NCBI GenBank assembly: GCA_022824925.1
Contig: JAJDYW010000018.1
Coordinates: 35-64,034 of the forward strand
Origin: Dehalococcoidia bacterium
GTDB lineage: Bacteria > Chloroflexota > Dehalococcoidia > Tepidiformales > Tepidiformaceae
Direction of reading: 5' to 3'
DNA length: 64,000 nt
Of this stretch, positions 46,074-55,422 are shown piece by piece. Position 1 is the stretch's first letter, and every line of letters begins with the position of its first letter. Made by a program: the position numbers and the translations under genes. The notes beneath the pieces are model-generated. The model had not been told where the DNA came from. It was given only the letters and a program-made list of their open reading frames with translations, and made no database searches.

Positions 46074-47789
46074 GTGAGGTCCTGCAGGGTCGCCCTCGCA
46101 CAGGTCAACACCACCGTCGGCGATATCGATGGCAACTGCGCACGCATCCGCGAGGGCATCGCCGCCGCCCGCGAGGCCGGGGCGGTCATCGTCGCCTTCC
46201 CCGAGCTCGCCGTCACCGGCTACCCCCCCGAGGACCTCGTCCTCCGCCGCTCCTTCTGCGAAGCCTCCCGTGCCGCCGCCGCCGCCCTCGCCCCCGCGAC
46301 CGCCGGCATCATCGCCGTCGTCGGCTTTGTCGATACCGCCGGCGGCGAGCCCTTTAACGCCGCCGCGGTCTTTGTCGACGGCCGGCGGGCCGACACCTAC
46401 TACAAGCGCCTGTTGCCCAACTACGGCGTCTTCGACGAGGAACGCTACTTCGGGCGCGGGCTCACGACGCCCGTCTACCGCGCCGGCGACCTCGCCTTCG
46501 GGGTCAGCGTCTGCGAGGACATCTGGGATCCCGACGGGCCCGTTTCCGGCATGGCCCTCGGCGGCGCCGAGCTGTGCATCAACATCAACGCCTCCCCCTA
46601 CCACCGCGGACGCGGCGCTGAGCGGGCCGCCATGCTCGCCACTCGCGCCGGCGACAACCGCATCGCGATCGCCTACGTCAACGCCGTCGGGGGGCAGGAC
46701 GAGCTCGTCTTCGACGGTCACTCCATGGTGCTCGACCCTCGGGGCGAGGTCGTCGCCACCGGGCCCCAGTTCCGGGAGGAGCTCCTCGTCGTCGACCTCG
46801 AGCTCGACCGGGCCGCGGGTGTCGCCCGGCGCCCGGCGCCCAGTCCCGGCCCCGGCGACATCCGCGAGGTGGAGCTGGACTTCGCGCCCGACCTGACCGC
46901 GCCCGCCGACCCCGTCCGCCCCCACTCCCCTCCCCTGCCCGACGAGGCCGAGGTCTGGGAGGCGCTCGTCCTGGGCACCCGCGACTATCTCGCCAAGACG
47001 GGCTTCACGAAGGCCTACATCGGCCTCTCCGGCGGCATCGACTCGAGCGTTGTCGCCGCGGTCGCCGCCGACGCCCTCGGCCCCGGGAACGTGACCGGCG
47101 TCTCCATGCCCAGCCGCTACTCCAGCGATCACAGCGAGAGCGACGCCCACGCACTGGCCCGTAACCTCGGCATCGAGATCCTGACGATCCCCATCGAGCC
47201 CGCTCACGCGGCCATGCTCGAAATGCTCGCGGAACCCTTCGCCGGTACCGACCCCGGCCTCGCCGAGGAGAACCTCCAGTCGCGCCAGCGCGGCAACATC
47301 CTTATGACCCTCGCGAACAAGTTCGGCGCGCTCGTCCTCACCACCGGCAACAAGAGCGAGATGGCCACCGGCTACGCCACCCTCTACGGCGACATGGCCG
47401 GCGGCTTCGCCGTCCTCAAGGACGTGCCCAAGACGCTCACTTACGACATCGCCCGCTGGCGCAACACCGCCGCCGGCCACGACCTCATCCCCCGCAGTGT
47501 CCTCGAGAAGCCCCCCAGCGCCGAGCTCCGCCCGGACCAGCTCGACGCCGACTCCCTGCCCCCCTACGAGGTCCTGGACCCCATCCTCGGGGCCTACGTC
47601 GAGGACGACCGGAGCGGCCCCGAGATCGTCGCCATGGGCTTCGACGAAGGCACGGTTCGCCACGTCCTCGCCCTCGTCGACCGCAACGAATACAAGCGCC
47701 GCCAGTCCCCGCCGGGCGTCAAGATCACCCCCCGCGCCTTCGGCCGCGACCGCCGCCTCCCCATCGCCAACCGCTACCGCGACTGGTAG
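46074..47789 (+). CDS. nadE: glutamine-dependent NAD+ synthetase
   Basis: N-terminal CN-hydrolase domain (VAFPELAVTGY, VCEDIW) plus the synthetase domain (GLSGGIDSSVVA, LTTGNKSEMATGY). Confidence 0.95.
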   Translation: MRSCRVALAQVNTTVGDIDGNCARIREGIAAAREAGAVIVAFPELAVTGYPPEDLVLRRSFCEASRAAAAALAPATAGIIAVVGFVDTAGGEPFNAAAVFVDGRRADTYYKRLLPNYGVFDEERYFGRGLTTPVYRAGDLAFGVSVCEDIWDPDGPVSGMALGGAELCININASPYHRGRGAERAAMLATRAGDNRIAIAYVNAVGGQDELVFDGHSMVLDPRGEVVATGPQFREELLVVDLELDRAAGVARRPAPSPGPGDIREVELDFAPDLTAPADPVRPHSPPLPDEAEVWEALVLGTRDYLAKTGFTKAYIGLSGGIDSSVVAAVAADALGPGNVTGVSMPSRYSSDHSESDAHALARNLGIEILTIPIEPAHAAMLEMLAEPFAGTDPGLAEENLQSRQRGNILMTLANKFGALVLTTGNKSEMATGYATLYGDMAGGFAVLKDVPKTLTYDIARWRNTAAGHDLIPRSVLEKPPSAELRPDQLDADSLPPYEVLDPILGAYVEDDRSGPEIVAMGFDEGTVRHVLALVDRNEYKRRQSPPGVKITPRAFGRDRRLPIANRYRDW

Positions 47790-47792
47790 CGG

Positions 47793-49865
47793 TTACGACT
47801 CGTCCGCACACGGGATTCTGCTGCACAGGTCAGTCCAGAAGGCCGTGTGGGCCGCATCTCGGGCGCGTTGTTCCAGCTCTACGGCATCCCAGGTCACTCG
47901 GTTGAGTGCGTACTGCTCAAGCCGATCACGCAGGGTGACTTCGGCAGCCCATCTGGCAATGGCAGCCTCGAGGTAACGCGCCAGACGGGGGTCTTGTGTG
48001 GCAGGGTGGGAGCGCAAGGGGGTGAGTCGGTCGACCAGTGCTTGCGCGAGGTCGCGCTGTTCCCGGGCGATGGTGGCGAGAGCCTGCGAGGGCGGGGACT
48101 CGCTGCTGGCATTCCACTCGTCAGTCAGGGTGCTGATTGCGTTGGTCGTCGGACGCCAGTCTCCAATGAGGTCGATGAACTCCCACTCCGATGCCTCCGC
48201 CGCTGAGTCTTCTGCTGCTGCCTTTGCCTGTGCCGCTTCCGTGCAGCGGTCCTGCGTGTTCGTGTATCCCTGCAGCAGCCAGAGGTCGCACCGGGCCTGG
48301 GTGTAGGACGCCCATGCGGCGGCGCGTTCGGCTTGACTGCGCGCGACGGCCCCCCAGGTCGCGGTGTCGAGAGCGTAGGACTCGAGAGTGGAGTTCACAG
48401 CCGTGCTGGAGGACCAGTAGTCGATCGCGCCTTCCAGGTATTGATTCGCGGCTTCGTTGACGGTGGCGGGGTCGTCACGGAGCCCCGTGAGCGTGGTCAC
48501 CATCGCCTGGGACAGGTCGCGCCGCTTCCTTGCGTTCTCGGCGAGCCTCTCCGACGGAGGGCTCTCGTAGTCGTTGATGATGTCCCACTGCTCGGTGAGG
48601 CTATTGAGGGCGGTGATGGTTGATCCCCAGTCCTGGGAGATGCTGTTGACGAGCTCGTTGATGTCCCAGAACGTCGGCTCGCCGGACTCCGTCGAAGGGG
48701 AACTCTCGGCTGGCGGTGGGGACTGTCCTGTACGGATGCGCTGTAGCAGTCGGGCAAGGGAAGGCTCGGCCACGGCGAAGTGCAGCCCTTCCGAGCCGCG
48801 CTCGCCTACAACGCTATAGCTCATGACCCCCGCCACCCGGCCACACGCGTCCACCAGCGGACCGCCGCTGTTCCCGGGGCTCACGGCCGAGTCCGTCTGA
48901 ATGAACGAGACTCCTTGCTGGGTGAACATCCGTGAAACGATGCCACGAGTAATCGAGGCCTCCTCGCCCCCGCCAAGACCCTCGGGGTATCCGATTACGG
49001 CGACCGCAGCGCCGGGGGCAAGTGGTTCGGCCCACTCAAGTGCGGCGAGGCCCGGCGCAGACGCCGAGAGGATTGCCACGTCGCCGCTTTCGAAGGGGTA
49101 GTACCCCACGATCCGTGCCGACACGTCGACGTGTGCATTGCGCAGAGTGATCCAGGAGGGGTCGTGGTCAATGACGTGCCCGGCCGTCACGAACTCCGAG
49201 TCTCCGATGTAGAAGGCGCTGCCAATGTTGAAGGTGTTGGCCTCGTCGCCCGGTGTCACCACCTGCACCGTGCTGGCGATGACTCGTGCCGCCATGGCTT
49301 CGTCGATCACGCACGACGTGCGGTCCGGTGGGGCCACGGAGTCGGGCAGGTCCGGCAGCGGCACGTCGACGAGCACGGCGTTGCTCTGGTGGAATCTCCC
49401 CGAACTGCTGAGCGCCAACAGGTCGAGGGCCGTGTTCTCGGTGCGCCACGTCCCGCCCTCGGGGCGCGTGCTCAAGTAGAGCAAGGAAGGATTCGAGACG
49501 CGGCGCCAGACGGTCACCTCGACCGTCGCCGTCTCACCGCCGCCGAGCGGAACCGCGACGAGCACTGCGTTGCTCTGGCGGAATCTCCCGGAACTGCTGA
49601 GCGCCGACATGTCGAGGGCCGTGTTCTCGGTGCGCCAGGTCCCGCCCTCGGGGCGCGTGCTCAGGTAGAGCAAGGACGGATTCGACACCCGGCGCCAGAC
49701 CGTCACCTCGACGCCCGCGGTTCTGGGTTCGGATGGTCCCTGTGCGGCAGCGCTTCCCAGGGTGCTCAGTGCGAACACCGCCGAGACAAGGACGATGCCG
49801 AACAGTTGCGCGCGCCTCAACGCGGTGTTCCTGACGGTATAGGTGTAGTGTGATTTACCGAGCAA
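47793..49865 (-). CDS. secreted trypsin-like (S1C/DegP-type) serine protease with duplicated N-terminal and C-terminal modules
   Basis: Signal peptide RRAQLFGIVLVSAVFALSTLGSAAA. Triad contexts: TAGHV, GDVAIL, GNSGGPL. There are two 56-aa near-identical repeats and two ~125-aa helical repeats. TTG 49820 is an alternative start. Confidence 0.8.
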   Translation of the reverse strand: MLGKSHYTYTVRNTALRRAQLFGIVLVSAVFALSTLGSAAAQGPSEPRTAGVEVTVWRRVSNPSLLYLSTRPEGGTWRTENTALDMSALSSSGRFRQSNAVLVAVPLGGGETATVEVTVWRRVSNPSLLYLSTRPEGGTWRTENTALDLLALSSSGRFHQSNAVLVDVPLPDLPDSVAPPDRTSCVIDEAMAARVIASTVQVVTPGDEANTFNIGSAFYIGDSEFVTAGHVIDHDPSWITLRNAHVDVSARIVGYYPFESGDVAILSASAPGLAALEWAEPLAPGAAVAVIGYPEGLGGGEEASITRGIVSRMFTQQGVSFIQTDSAVSPGNSGGPLVDACGRVAGVMSYSVVGERGSEGLHFAVAEPSLARLLQRIRTGQSPPPAESSPSTESGEPTFWDINELVNSISQDWGSTITALNSLTEQWDIINDYESPPSERLAENARKRRDLSQAMVTTLTGLRDDPATVNEAANQYLEGAIDYWSSSTAVNSTLESYALDTATWGAVARSQAERAAAWASYTQARCDLWLLQGYTNTQDRCTEAAQAKAAAEDSAAEASEWEFIDLIGDWRPTTNAISTLTDEWNASSESPPSQALATIAREQRDLAQALVDRLTPLRSHPATQDPRLARYLEAAIARWAAEVTLRDRLEQYALNRVTWDAVELEQRARDAAHTAFWTDLCSRIPCADES
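49356..49712 (-). repeat. intragenic tandem duplication, two copies, 189-bp period, about 93% identical
   Basis: Copies at 49356-49523 and 49545-49712 encode VEVTVWRRVSNPSLLYLSTRPEGGTWRTENTALD...SSSGRF.QSNAVLV.VPL. I counted about 11 mismatches by eye. Confidence 0.9.
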
Positions 49866-49903
49866 AAGTCTAGTCCCTACGAACAGTCAGGAGCGAACAG
49901 CCT

Positions 49904-50314
49904 CTAGCCCTCGAGCTTCGCCGCCAGCGCCTCGCTCGCCACCCCCAGCGCCTCGTAGAACGCCGGGTTCACCTCCCCCGACGCGATCATCCCCCGCGCG
50001 ATGACCAGGGCGTCGATCGTCGTGCCTCCCTCCCGCCGCAGCGCGCCCGCGGTCATGTTCAGCGCCTGGCGCAGGTTCGGGGCCGGCATCACCCGGTCCG
50101 AGAGCGGCGTGCTCCCCTCTCCGTGGACCTCCCGCAGCGCGTTCTCCAGCACGTGCGGCGCCGGCAGACCCGCCCGCCCCTCCTCCCGCAGCACGCTCAG
50201 CGCCCCCGCCAGCAGGAACTCCACCCCCTCGATCGCCACGTTCAGCGTCGCCGCCAGGCGCTCGCCCTCCGCCAGCGCCCGCTCCCCGTCCGCCGAGAGC
50301 CGTACGTCCGCCAT
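49904..50314 (-). CDS. Clp N-terminal (Clp_R) domain-like protein
   Basis: 136 aa with two helical half-repeats (GVEFLLAGAL..., IDALVIARGMI...), reminiscent of ClpA/B/C N-domains. Confidence 0.5.
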   Translation of the reverse strand: MADVRLSADGERALAEGERLAATLNVAIEGVEFLLAGALSVLREEGRAGLPAPHVLENALREVHGEGSTPLSDRVMPAPNLRQALNMTAGALRREGGTTIDALVIARGMIASGEVNPAFYEALGVASEALAAKLEG

Positions 50315-50388
50315 CAGCCCGAGTTTACGACACCCCCGAAGGCTGAGGCCTTACCGCTCCCTGACCACCGGTCACTCGCCGCCGGCTG

Positions 50389-52080
50389 CTAGTCACCCAC
50401 GGCCAGTCCCCGCCGCTCCGCGCTCGGGGCGAAGTCCAGCACCTCGAGCTCCATCCGCTCCCCCCGCCACTCACGGCTGAGCGAGTAGACGATGTCCAGC
50501 TCGTCGGCCGGCTCCATCTCCCCCTGGCGGAACGCGATCCCGGGCCACGTCGAGGCGCCCTCCCGCACCTTCAGCTTCAGGTGGCTCCCGTCCGCTCCCA
50601 CGCGGCGCGCGTCGCGAAGCTCGACGTTGCGGCTCAGCAGCACCGGCCGGCGGTTCCCGTGGCCGCACGGCTCGAACTGCGTCAGCCCCCGGATCTCGAC
50701 CCCCGAGAGGTCGCCCAGCGACGCCTCCGCGTCGATCGTGAGCGTCGGGCGCAGGTCTTCGGGCGATAGCTGCTCCGCCGCCGTGTTCACGATTCGCTCC
50801 CGGAAGAGGTCGAGGTGCTCGTTGCGAATCGTGAAGCCCGCCGCCGCCCGGTGGCCGCCGTGGCGCACCAGCAGCTCCGACTCCCTCCGGATCGCCCTGA
50901 CGATGTCGAAGTCGCCGAAGGTGCGGGCGCTGGCACGGCTCGTCTCCGGTCCCTGCTCGTACACGATCGCCGGGCGGCTGCGCGACTCCACCAGCCGGCC
51001 CGCCACGATCCCGATGATGCCCGCGTGCATCCGCTCGCTGCCCACCATCGTCAGCGGGTCGTCGCTCGCCCCCAGCAGCTCCTCTGCCTCCAGCAGGCCC
51101 TGCTCGCACTCCTGCTGACGCTGGCGGTTGAGCGCGTCCAGCTCCTCCGCGATCGTCCGCGCCCGCAGCGCCGAGTCCGCGAGCAGCAGGTCGAGCGCCG
51201 TGCGGGCGTGCCGCATCCGGCCCGCCGCGTTCAGCCGCGGACCCAGCCCGAACCCGAGCGTCTCCGCCCGGATGCGGTCCGCGCTCGTGCCCGCGATCCC
51301 CGCCAGCGCCTCCACTCCCGGCCGCGGCGACGTCCGCATGTGTTTCAGCCCCGCCGCCACGATCGCGCGGTTCTCGTCCTCCAGCGGCGCCACGTCCACC
51401 ACCGTCCCCAGCGCCACCAGGTCGAGGAAGTCGCCTTCCGGCAGCTCCCGCCCCAGCGATTCGTACAGCGCCTGCAGGAAGCGGTACGCGACGCCCACCG
51501 CCGCCAGCTCCGTGAACGGATAGGGCGACTCCTCCCGCTTCGGGTTGATGACGGCCAGGGCCTGGGGCATCTCCGGCGGCACCGTGTGGTGGTCGAGCAC
51601 GATGGCGTCCAGCCCGAGGCTGTTCGCGTGCGCGATCTCCGCCACCGAGCTCGTCCCGCAGTCCGCGCTGATGAGCAGCGACGCTCCCTGCTCCCGCAGC
51701 AGGTCGACTGCTCCCACGTTCAGCCCGTACCCCTCGCTGAACCGGTCCGGCAGGTACGGGATCGTCGTCGCCCCCAGCCGCTCCAGGGCCAGCTTCAGCA
51801 GCGCGATCGAGGTTACCCCGTCGACGTCGAAGTCCCCGAACAGCGCGATCGTCTCGTGCGCCTCGATCGCCTCCCGCGTCCGGCGCATGGCGGGCTCGAT
51901 GCCCGGCAGCAGGAGCGGGTCGTGCCTGGCTTCCAGGTATGGCTTGTAGAAGCGCTCCGCTGCCCCGCGCGTGGTGATGCCGCGGGCCGCCAGCACCGTG
52001 CCCACGACCGGTGGGAGGTTGGGGAGCCGTTCCTGGTGCGCGAACGCGCGGCGCAGCTTCCAGCGCGCCGCCGTCGTCAT
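50389..52080 (-). CDS. recJ: single-stranded-DNA-specific exonuclease RecJ
   Basis: DHH motifs (LFGDFDVDGVTS, ISADCG, IVLDHH) and DHHA1 (GGHRAAAGF). Confidence 0.9.
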   Translation of the reverse strand: MTTAARWKLRRAFAHQERLPNLPPVVGTVLAARGITTRGAAERFYKPYLEARHDPLLLPGIEPAMRRTREAIEAHETIALFGDFDVDGVTSIALLKLALERLGATTIPYLPDRFSEGYGLNVGAVDLLREQGASLLISADCGTSSVAEIAHANSLGLDAIVLDHHTVPPEMPQALAVINPKREESPYPFTELAAVGVAYRFLQALYESLGRELPEGDFLDLVALGTVVDVAPLEDENRAIVAAGLKHMRTSPRPGVEALAGIAGTSADRIRAETLGFGLGPRLNAAGRMRHARTALDLLLADSALRARTIAEELDALNRQRQQECEQGLLEAEELLGASDDPLTMVGSERMHAGIIGIVAGRLVESRSRPAIVYEQGPETSRASARTFGDFDIVRAIRRESELLVRHGGHRAAAGFTIRNEHLDLFRERIVNTAAEQLSPEDLRPTLTIDAEASLGDLSGVEIRGLTQFEPCGHGNRRPVLLSRNVELRDARRVGADGSHLKLKVREGASTWPGIAFRQGEMEPADELDIVYSLSREWRGERMELEVLDFAPSAERRGLAVGD

Positions 52081-53321
52081 GCCGGGCGCGCTGGCTGCCG
52101 GAAGACGAGCGAGCTGTTGTGTCCCCCGAACCCGAACGCGTTCGTCATGACCGCGCGCAGCGGCGCCGAGCGCGCCGTGTTCGGGACGTAGTCGAGGTCG
52201 CAGTCCGGGTCGGGCGTCTCGTAGTTGATCGTCGGCGGGATGGCGCTGTGCTGGAGTGCGAGGATCGAGATCCCCGCCTCCACCGCGCCCGCCGCCCCCA
52301 GCAGGTGCCCGATCGCCGACTTCGTCGAGCTCATCGGCAGCGTGTAGGCGTACTCCCCGAAGACGCGCTTCGCCGCCAGCGTTTCGAACTTGTCGTTCAG
52401 CGGCGTCGAGGTGCCGTGCGCGTTCAGGTAGTCGATGTCGTCCGGCGAGGCGCCCGCGTCCTCGAGCGCTGCCTGCATCGCCAGCACCGCTCCCTCCGCG
52501 TCCTCGGCCGGCTGCGTCACGTGGAAGGCATCGCTCGTGGCTCCGTAGCCCGCCAGCTCGGCGAGCACCGGGGCGCCCCGCGCGAGCGCGTGTTCCTCCG
52601 CCTCCAGCAGCAGCACGCCCGCCCCCTCCCCGATGACGAAGCCGTCCCGGTTCAGGTCGAACGGCCGCGAGGCGGTCTCCGGATCCCTCGATTCCGTCAG
52701 CGCCTTGGCCGCGGCGAAGCCCGCGACGATCAGCGGCGAGATGGCCGCTTCCGAGCCGCCCGCCACCGCCACGTCCACGTCTCCCCGCCGGATCATCGCC
52801 GCCCCGACCCCGATCGCGTCCGCCCCGCTCGCGCAGGCGCTCGTCACCGAGAAATTGGCGGCCTTCGCCCCCAGCCGGATGCTGAGCTGGCCCGAGGCCA
52901 TGTCCGGCAGCACCTGCGTCATCACGAATGGGCTCACCCGTCCCGGACCGCGCTCGCGCAGGACTTCCGCCTCGCGCGCCAGCGACAGCACGCCCCCGAC
53001 GGCCGTGCCGATGATGGTCGCCACCCGGTGGCCGTCGTCGCCGGGGACCTCATACTGCGCGTGCCGCAGCGCTTCGTCCGCGGCCACGAAGGCGAACTGC
53101 ATGAAGCGGTCGGCGCGGCGCGCTTCCTTCCGGTCGAGGAACGCCGTCGGGTCGAAGTCGCTGACCTCCGCCCCCACCACGTCCCCGAAGCGCTCGTCGG
53201 AAAAGGCTTCGATTAACCCGATGCCCGAGCGCCCGGCGAGCAGCCCCTCCCACGTTGCCTGCGCATCAAGCCCGAGGGGTGTGACCATGCCCAGACCGGT
53301 AACAACAACGCGCCTGCTCAT
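52077..53321 (-). CDS. fabF: beta-ketoacyl-ACP synthase II
   Basis: RRVVVTGLGMVTPLG, active-site SVTSACASG, NAHGTSTPLND, NAFGFGGHN. Its stop overlaps the recJ ATG (ATGA). Confidence 0.95.
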   Translation of the reverse strand: MSRRVVVTGLGMVTPLGLDAQATWEGLLAGRSGIGLIEAFSDERFGDVVGAEVSDFDPTAFLDRKEARRADRFMQFAFVAADEALRHAQYEVPGDDGHRVATIIGTAVGGVLSLAREAEVLRERGPGRVSPFVMTQVLPDMASGQLSIRLGAKAANFSVTSACASGADAIGVGAAMIRRGDVDVAVAGGSEAAISPLIVAGFAAAKALTESRDPETASRPFDLNRDGFVIGEGAGVLLLEAEEHALARGAPVLAELAGYGATSDAFHVTQPAEDAEGAVLAMQAALEDAGASPDDIDYLNAHGTSTPLNDKFETLAAKRVFGEYAYTLPMSSTKSAIGHLLGAAGAVEAGISILALQHSAIPPTINYETPDPDCDLDYVPNTARSAPLRAVMTNAFGFGGHNSSLVFRQPARPA

Positions 53322-53349
53322 GCCTGCCCCGTCGAGGCGCGAGTATACA

Positions 53350-54903
53350 TCAGGGTGTAGCGACCTCCCGGACAACGCCTGGCAGGCGAGCCGCGATCTC
53401 CCCCGCCAGCAGACCGCTGTCGCCGTACTCGGCGCGGAGCGCCTCGCCCACCGCCGCGTGCAGGTAGACCCCCAGGCTGGCCGCGTCGAAGGAGTCCAGC
53501 CCCTGCCCCAGGTAGGCGCCGATCATCCCCGCCAGCACGTCCCCGCTCCCCGCCGTTGCCAGCAGCGGGTTCGCGAAGGGCGAGATGCGCGCGCGCCCAG
53601 CCGCATCCGCCACCACCGTGTGCGCCCCCTTCAGCACGACCACGCAGCCGTACCGCCCCGCCGCCTCCCGCGCCGCCCCCACGCGGTTGTTCTGGACCTC
53701 CGCCACGCCCGACCCCAGCAGCCGCGCCATCTCCCCCGGATGGGGCGTCAGCACGGCGCTCGCGGGCGTGCGCTCCGCCCCGTCCTCCAGCGCCGCCAGC
53801 GCGTTCAGGGCGTCCGCGTCGACCACGACCCGCCCCCCGATGTCTTCCGCCGCGTCCGGCAGCAACGCCCAGACGAGCGCGCGTGTCTCACCGGTGTGTC
53901 CCAGCCCCGGCCCCACCACCCCGGCGTCGAAGGCGGGCCACTCCCGCCGCAGCGCCACCGCCGCCTCCCCCGTGAGTCCCCCGTCATCGGCCGCCTCCTG
54001 CGGGAGCCACGTCGCCTCCGCCGCCCCCGCCCCGATGGAGGCGATGATTGGCTCCGGGCACGCGATCGTCACGAGCCCCGCCCCCGCCCGGTAGGCGGCC
54101 GTCGCGGCCAGCGCCGGCGCCCCCCGGTAGCGCGAGCACCCCCCTGCCACCAGCACCCTGCCGAAGGTCCCCTTGTTCGCGTCCTCGGGCCGCGCCGGCA
54201 GCGCCTCGCGCACCCACCGAGAGGTGATCAGCTCCAGCGAAGCCGCCTCCATCGCTTCCGGCGGAATGCCGATGTCGACGACCTGCACGCGGCCCACCAC
54301 CCCGCTCCCCATCGCCTGGTACATCCCCACCTTCGGCAGCCCGAACGTCACCGTCACGTCCGCCGGCACGGTCAGCGCATCGACCCCGCCCCCGTCGGCG
54401 TCCAGCCCGGTGGGCAGGTCGATCGCCAGGACCTTCGGCGCGGGCGAGGCCCGGAGCGCCCCGGCCAGCGCCGCCAGCGCCACCCCGATTGGCTCGCCCG
54501 TCTCCAGCGGTCGCGCCTTCCCCACCCCCAGCAGCGCGTCCATCACGAGGTCGGCGTCCGCCATCCGCGCCAGCGCCGCGGGCACATCGTCCCCCTCGAC
54601 CACGACCAGCTCCCGCGCCGTCAGCTCCGCCAGGTTCGAATCCTCGACCCGGCCCCGGGGTGCCACCACCGTCACTTCCGCTCCCCAGTCGTACAGGTGC
54701 CGGGCCGCCACGAGCCCGTCCCCGCCGTTGTTCCCGGGCCCCGCCAGCACCACGATCTGCCGTCCCTCGAGCGTCCCCAGCAGCATCCACGCTTCCTGCG
54801 CCGAGGCGAGCCCCGCCTCCTCCATCAACTGCGCCTCGGTCGCGCCCGCCTCGATGGCGGCGCGTTCCATCGCGCGCATCTCCTCGACCGTTACCAGCTT
54901 CAC
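53350..54903 (-). CDS. nnr: bifunctional NAD(P)H-hydrate repair enzyme (epimerase + ADP-dependent dehydratase)
   Basis: The YjeF_N part has VLAGPGNNGGDG. The carbohydrate-kinase-like part has KGTFGRVLVAGG and TAGSGDVLAG. Confidence 0.9.
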   Translation of the reverse strand: MKLVTVEEMRAMERAAIEAGATEAQLMEEAGLASAQEAWMLLGTLEGRQIVVLAGPGNNGGDGLVAARHLYDWGAEVTVVAPRGRVEDSNLAELTARELVVVEGDDVPAALARMADADLVMDALLGVGKARPLETGEPIGVALAALAGALRASPAPKVLAIDLPTGLDADGGGVDALTVPADVTVTFGLPKVGMYQAMGSGVVGRVQVVDIGIPPEAMEAASLELITSRWVREALPARPEDANKGTFGRVLVAGGCSRYRGAPALAATAAYRAGAGLVTIACPEPIIASIGAGAAEATWLPQEAADDGGLTGEAAVALRREWPAFDAGVVGPGLGHTGETRALVWALLPDAAEDIGGRVVVDADALNALAALEDGAERTPASAVLTPHPGEMARLLGSGVAEVQNNRVGAAREAAGRYGCVVVLKGAHTVVADAAGRARISPFANPLLATAGSGDVLAGMIGAYLGQGLDSFDAASLGVYLHAAVGEALRAEYGDSGLLAGEIAARLPGVVREVATP

Positions 54904-54922
54904 GTGGACTCCTCCTGTCCCC

Positions 54923-55369
54923 TCATCGCAGCCCCTCCTCGCGGACGAGGCGCTGCGCCGCCTCGCCCATGCGTGGCGTGTCCTCCGCCTCGGTCAGCGC
55001 CCGTTCCCCCACGACCGAGGCCATGGCGAACTCCTTGGAGTGCGTCAGGCTGATGTCGAGGCCGCGCAGCTCGATGCGCTCCGCCCGCCCCGCCCCCCGG
55101 CGGTAGAGGAACACGAGCGGCTTCCCCCGCCGGTTGGGCAGCACCTCGATGTCGCGCCACCCGACCCCGCGCACGCCCGTGCCCAGCGCCTTCATCACCG
55201 CTTCCTTGGCGGCGAAGCGGGCCGCCAGCTCGGGCACGCGACCGCGGCAGTGGCGCACCTCGTCCTCGGTGAACACGCGCCGCAGGAAGCGCTCCCCGTG
55301 CCGGTCGAGCACCTTCCGCACCCGTGCGATCTCGATGATGTCGATGCCGTGGGCGAACTTCCGCGCCAT
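54923..55369 (-). CDS. acpS: holo-[acyl-carrier-protein] synthase
   Basis: GIDIIEIARV, FAAKEAVMKALG, ISLTHSKEFA. ATG 55369 lies 6 nt after the -10-like TAGGAT (55381-55376). Confidence 0.85.
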   Translation of the reverse strand: MARKFAHGIDIIEIARVRKVLDRHGERFLRRVFTEDEVRHCRGRVPELAARFAAKEAVMKALGTGVRGVGWRDIEVLPNRRGKPLVFLYRRGAGRAERIELRGLDISLTHSKEFAMASVVGERALTEAEDTPRMGEAAQRLVREEGLR

Positions 55370-55375
55370 CACGCG

Positions 55376-55416
55376 ATCCTAGCCCCTCGCCTTCCCCCAC
55401 GCCCGGAACGTACCCT
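55376..55416. promoter_or_regulatory. back-to-back leaderless-type promoters: TAGGAT (minus, acpS) and TACCCT (plus, folD)
   Basis: TAGGAT is the reverse complement of 55376-55381 and lies 6 nt from the acpS ATG. TACCCT at 55411-55416 lies 6 nt from folD GTG 55423. Confidence 0.35.
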
Positions 55417-55422
55417 TGCCCC

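Noticed and set aside
49356-49712. Diversity-generating retroelement (template/variable repeat pair) explanation for the protease repeats
   Set aside because: The ~11 mismatches are not concentrated at adenines. The copies are in tandem inside one ORF, and no reverse transcriptase is present.
47793-49865. Genomic island or prophage call for the lower-GC protease locus
   Set aside because: No integrase, tRNA, flanking direct repeats or phage genes were seen. Only one gene is compositionally deviant, so I report it as a finding and not as a mobile element.
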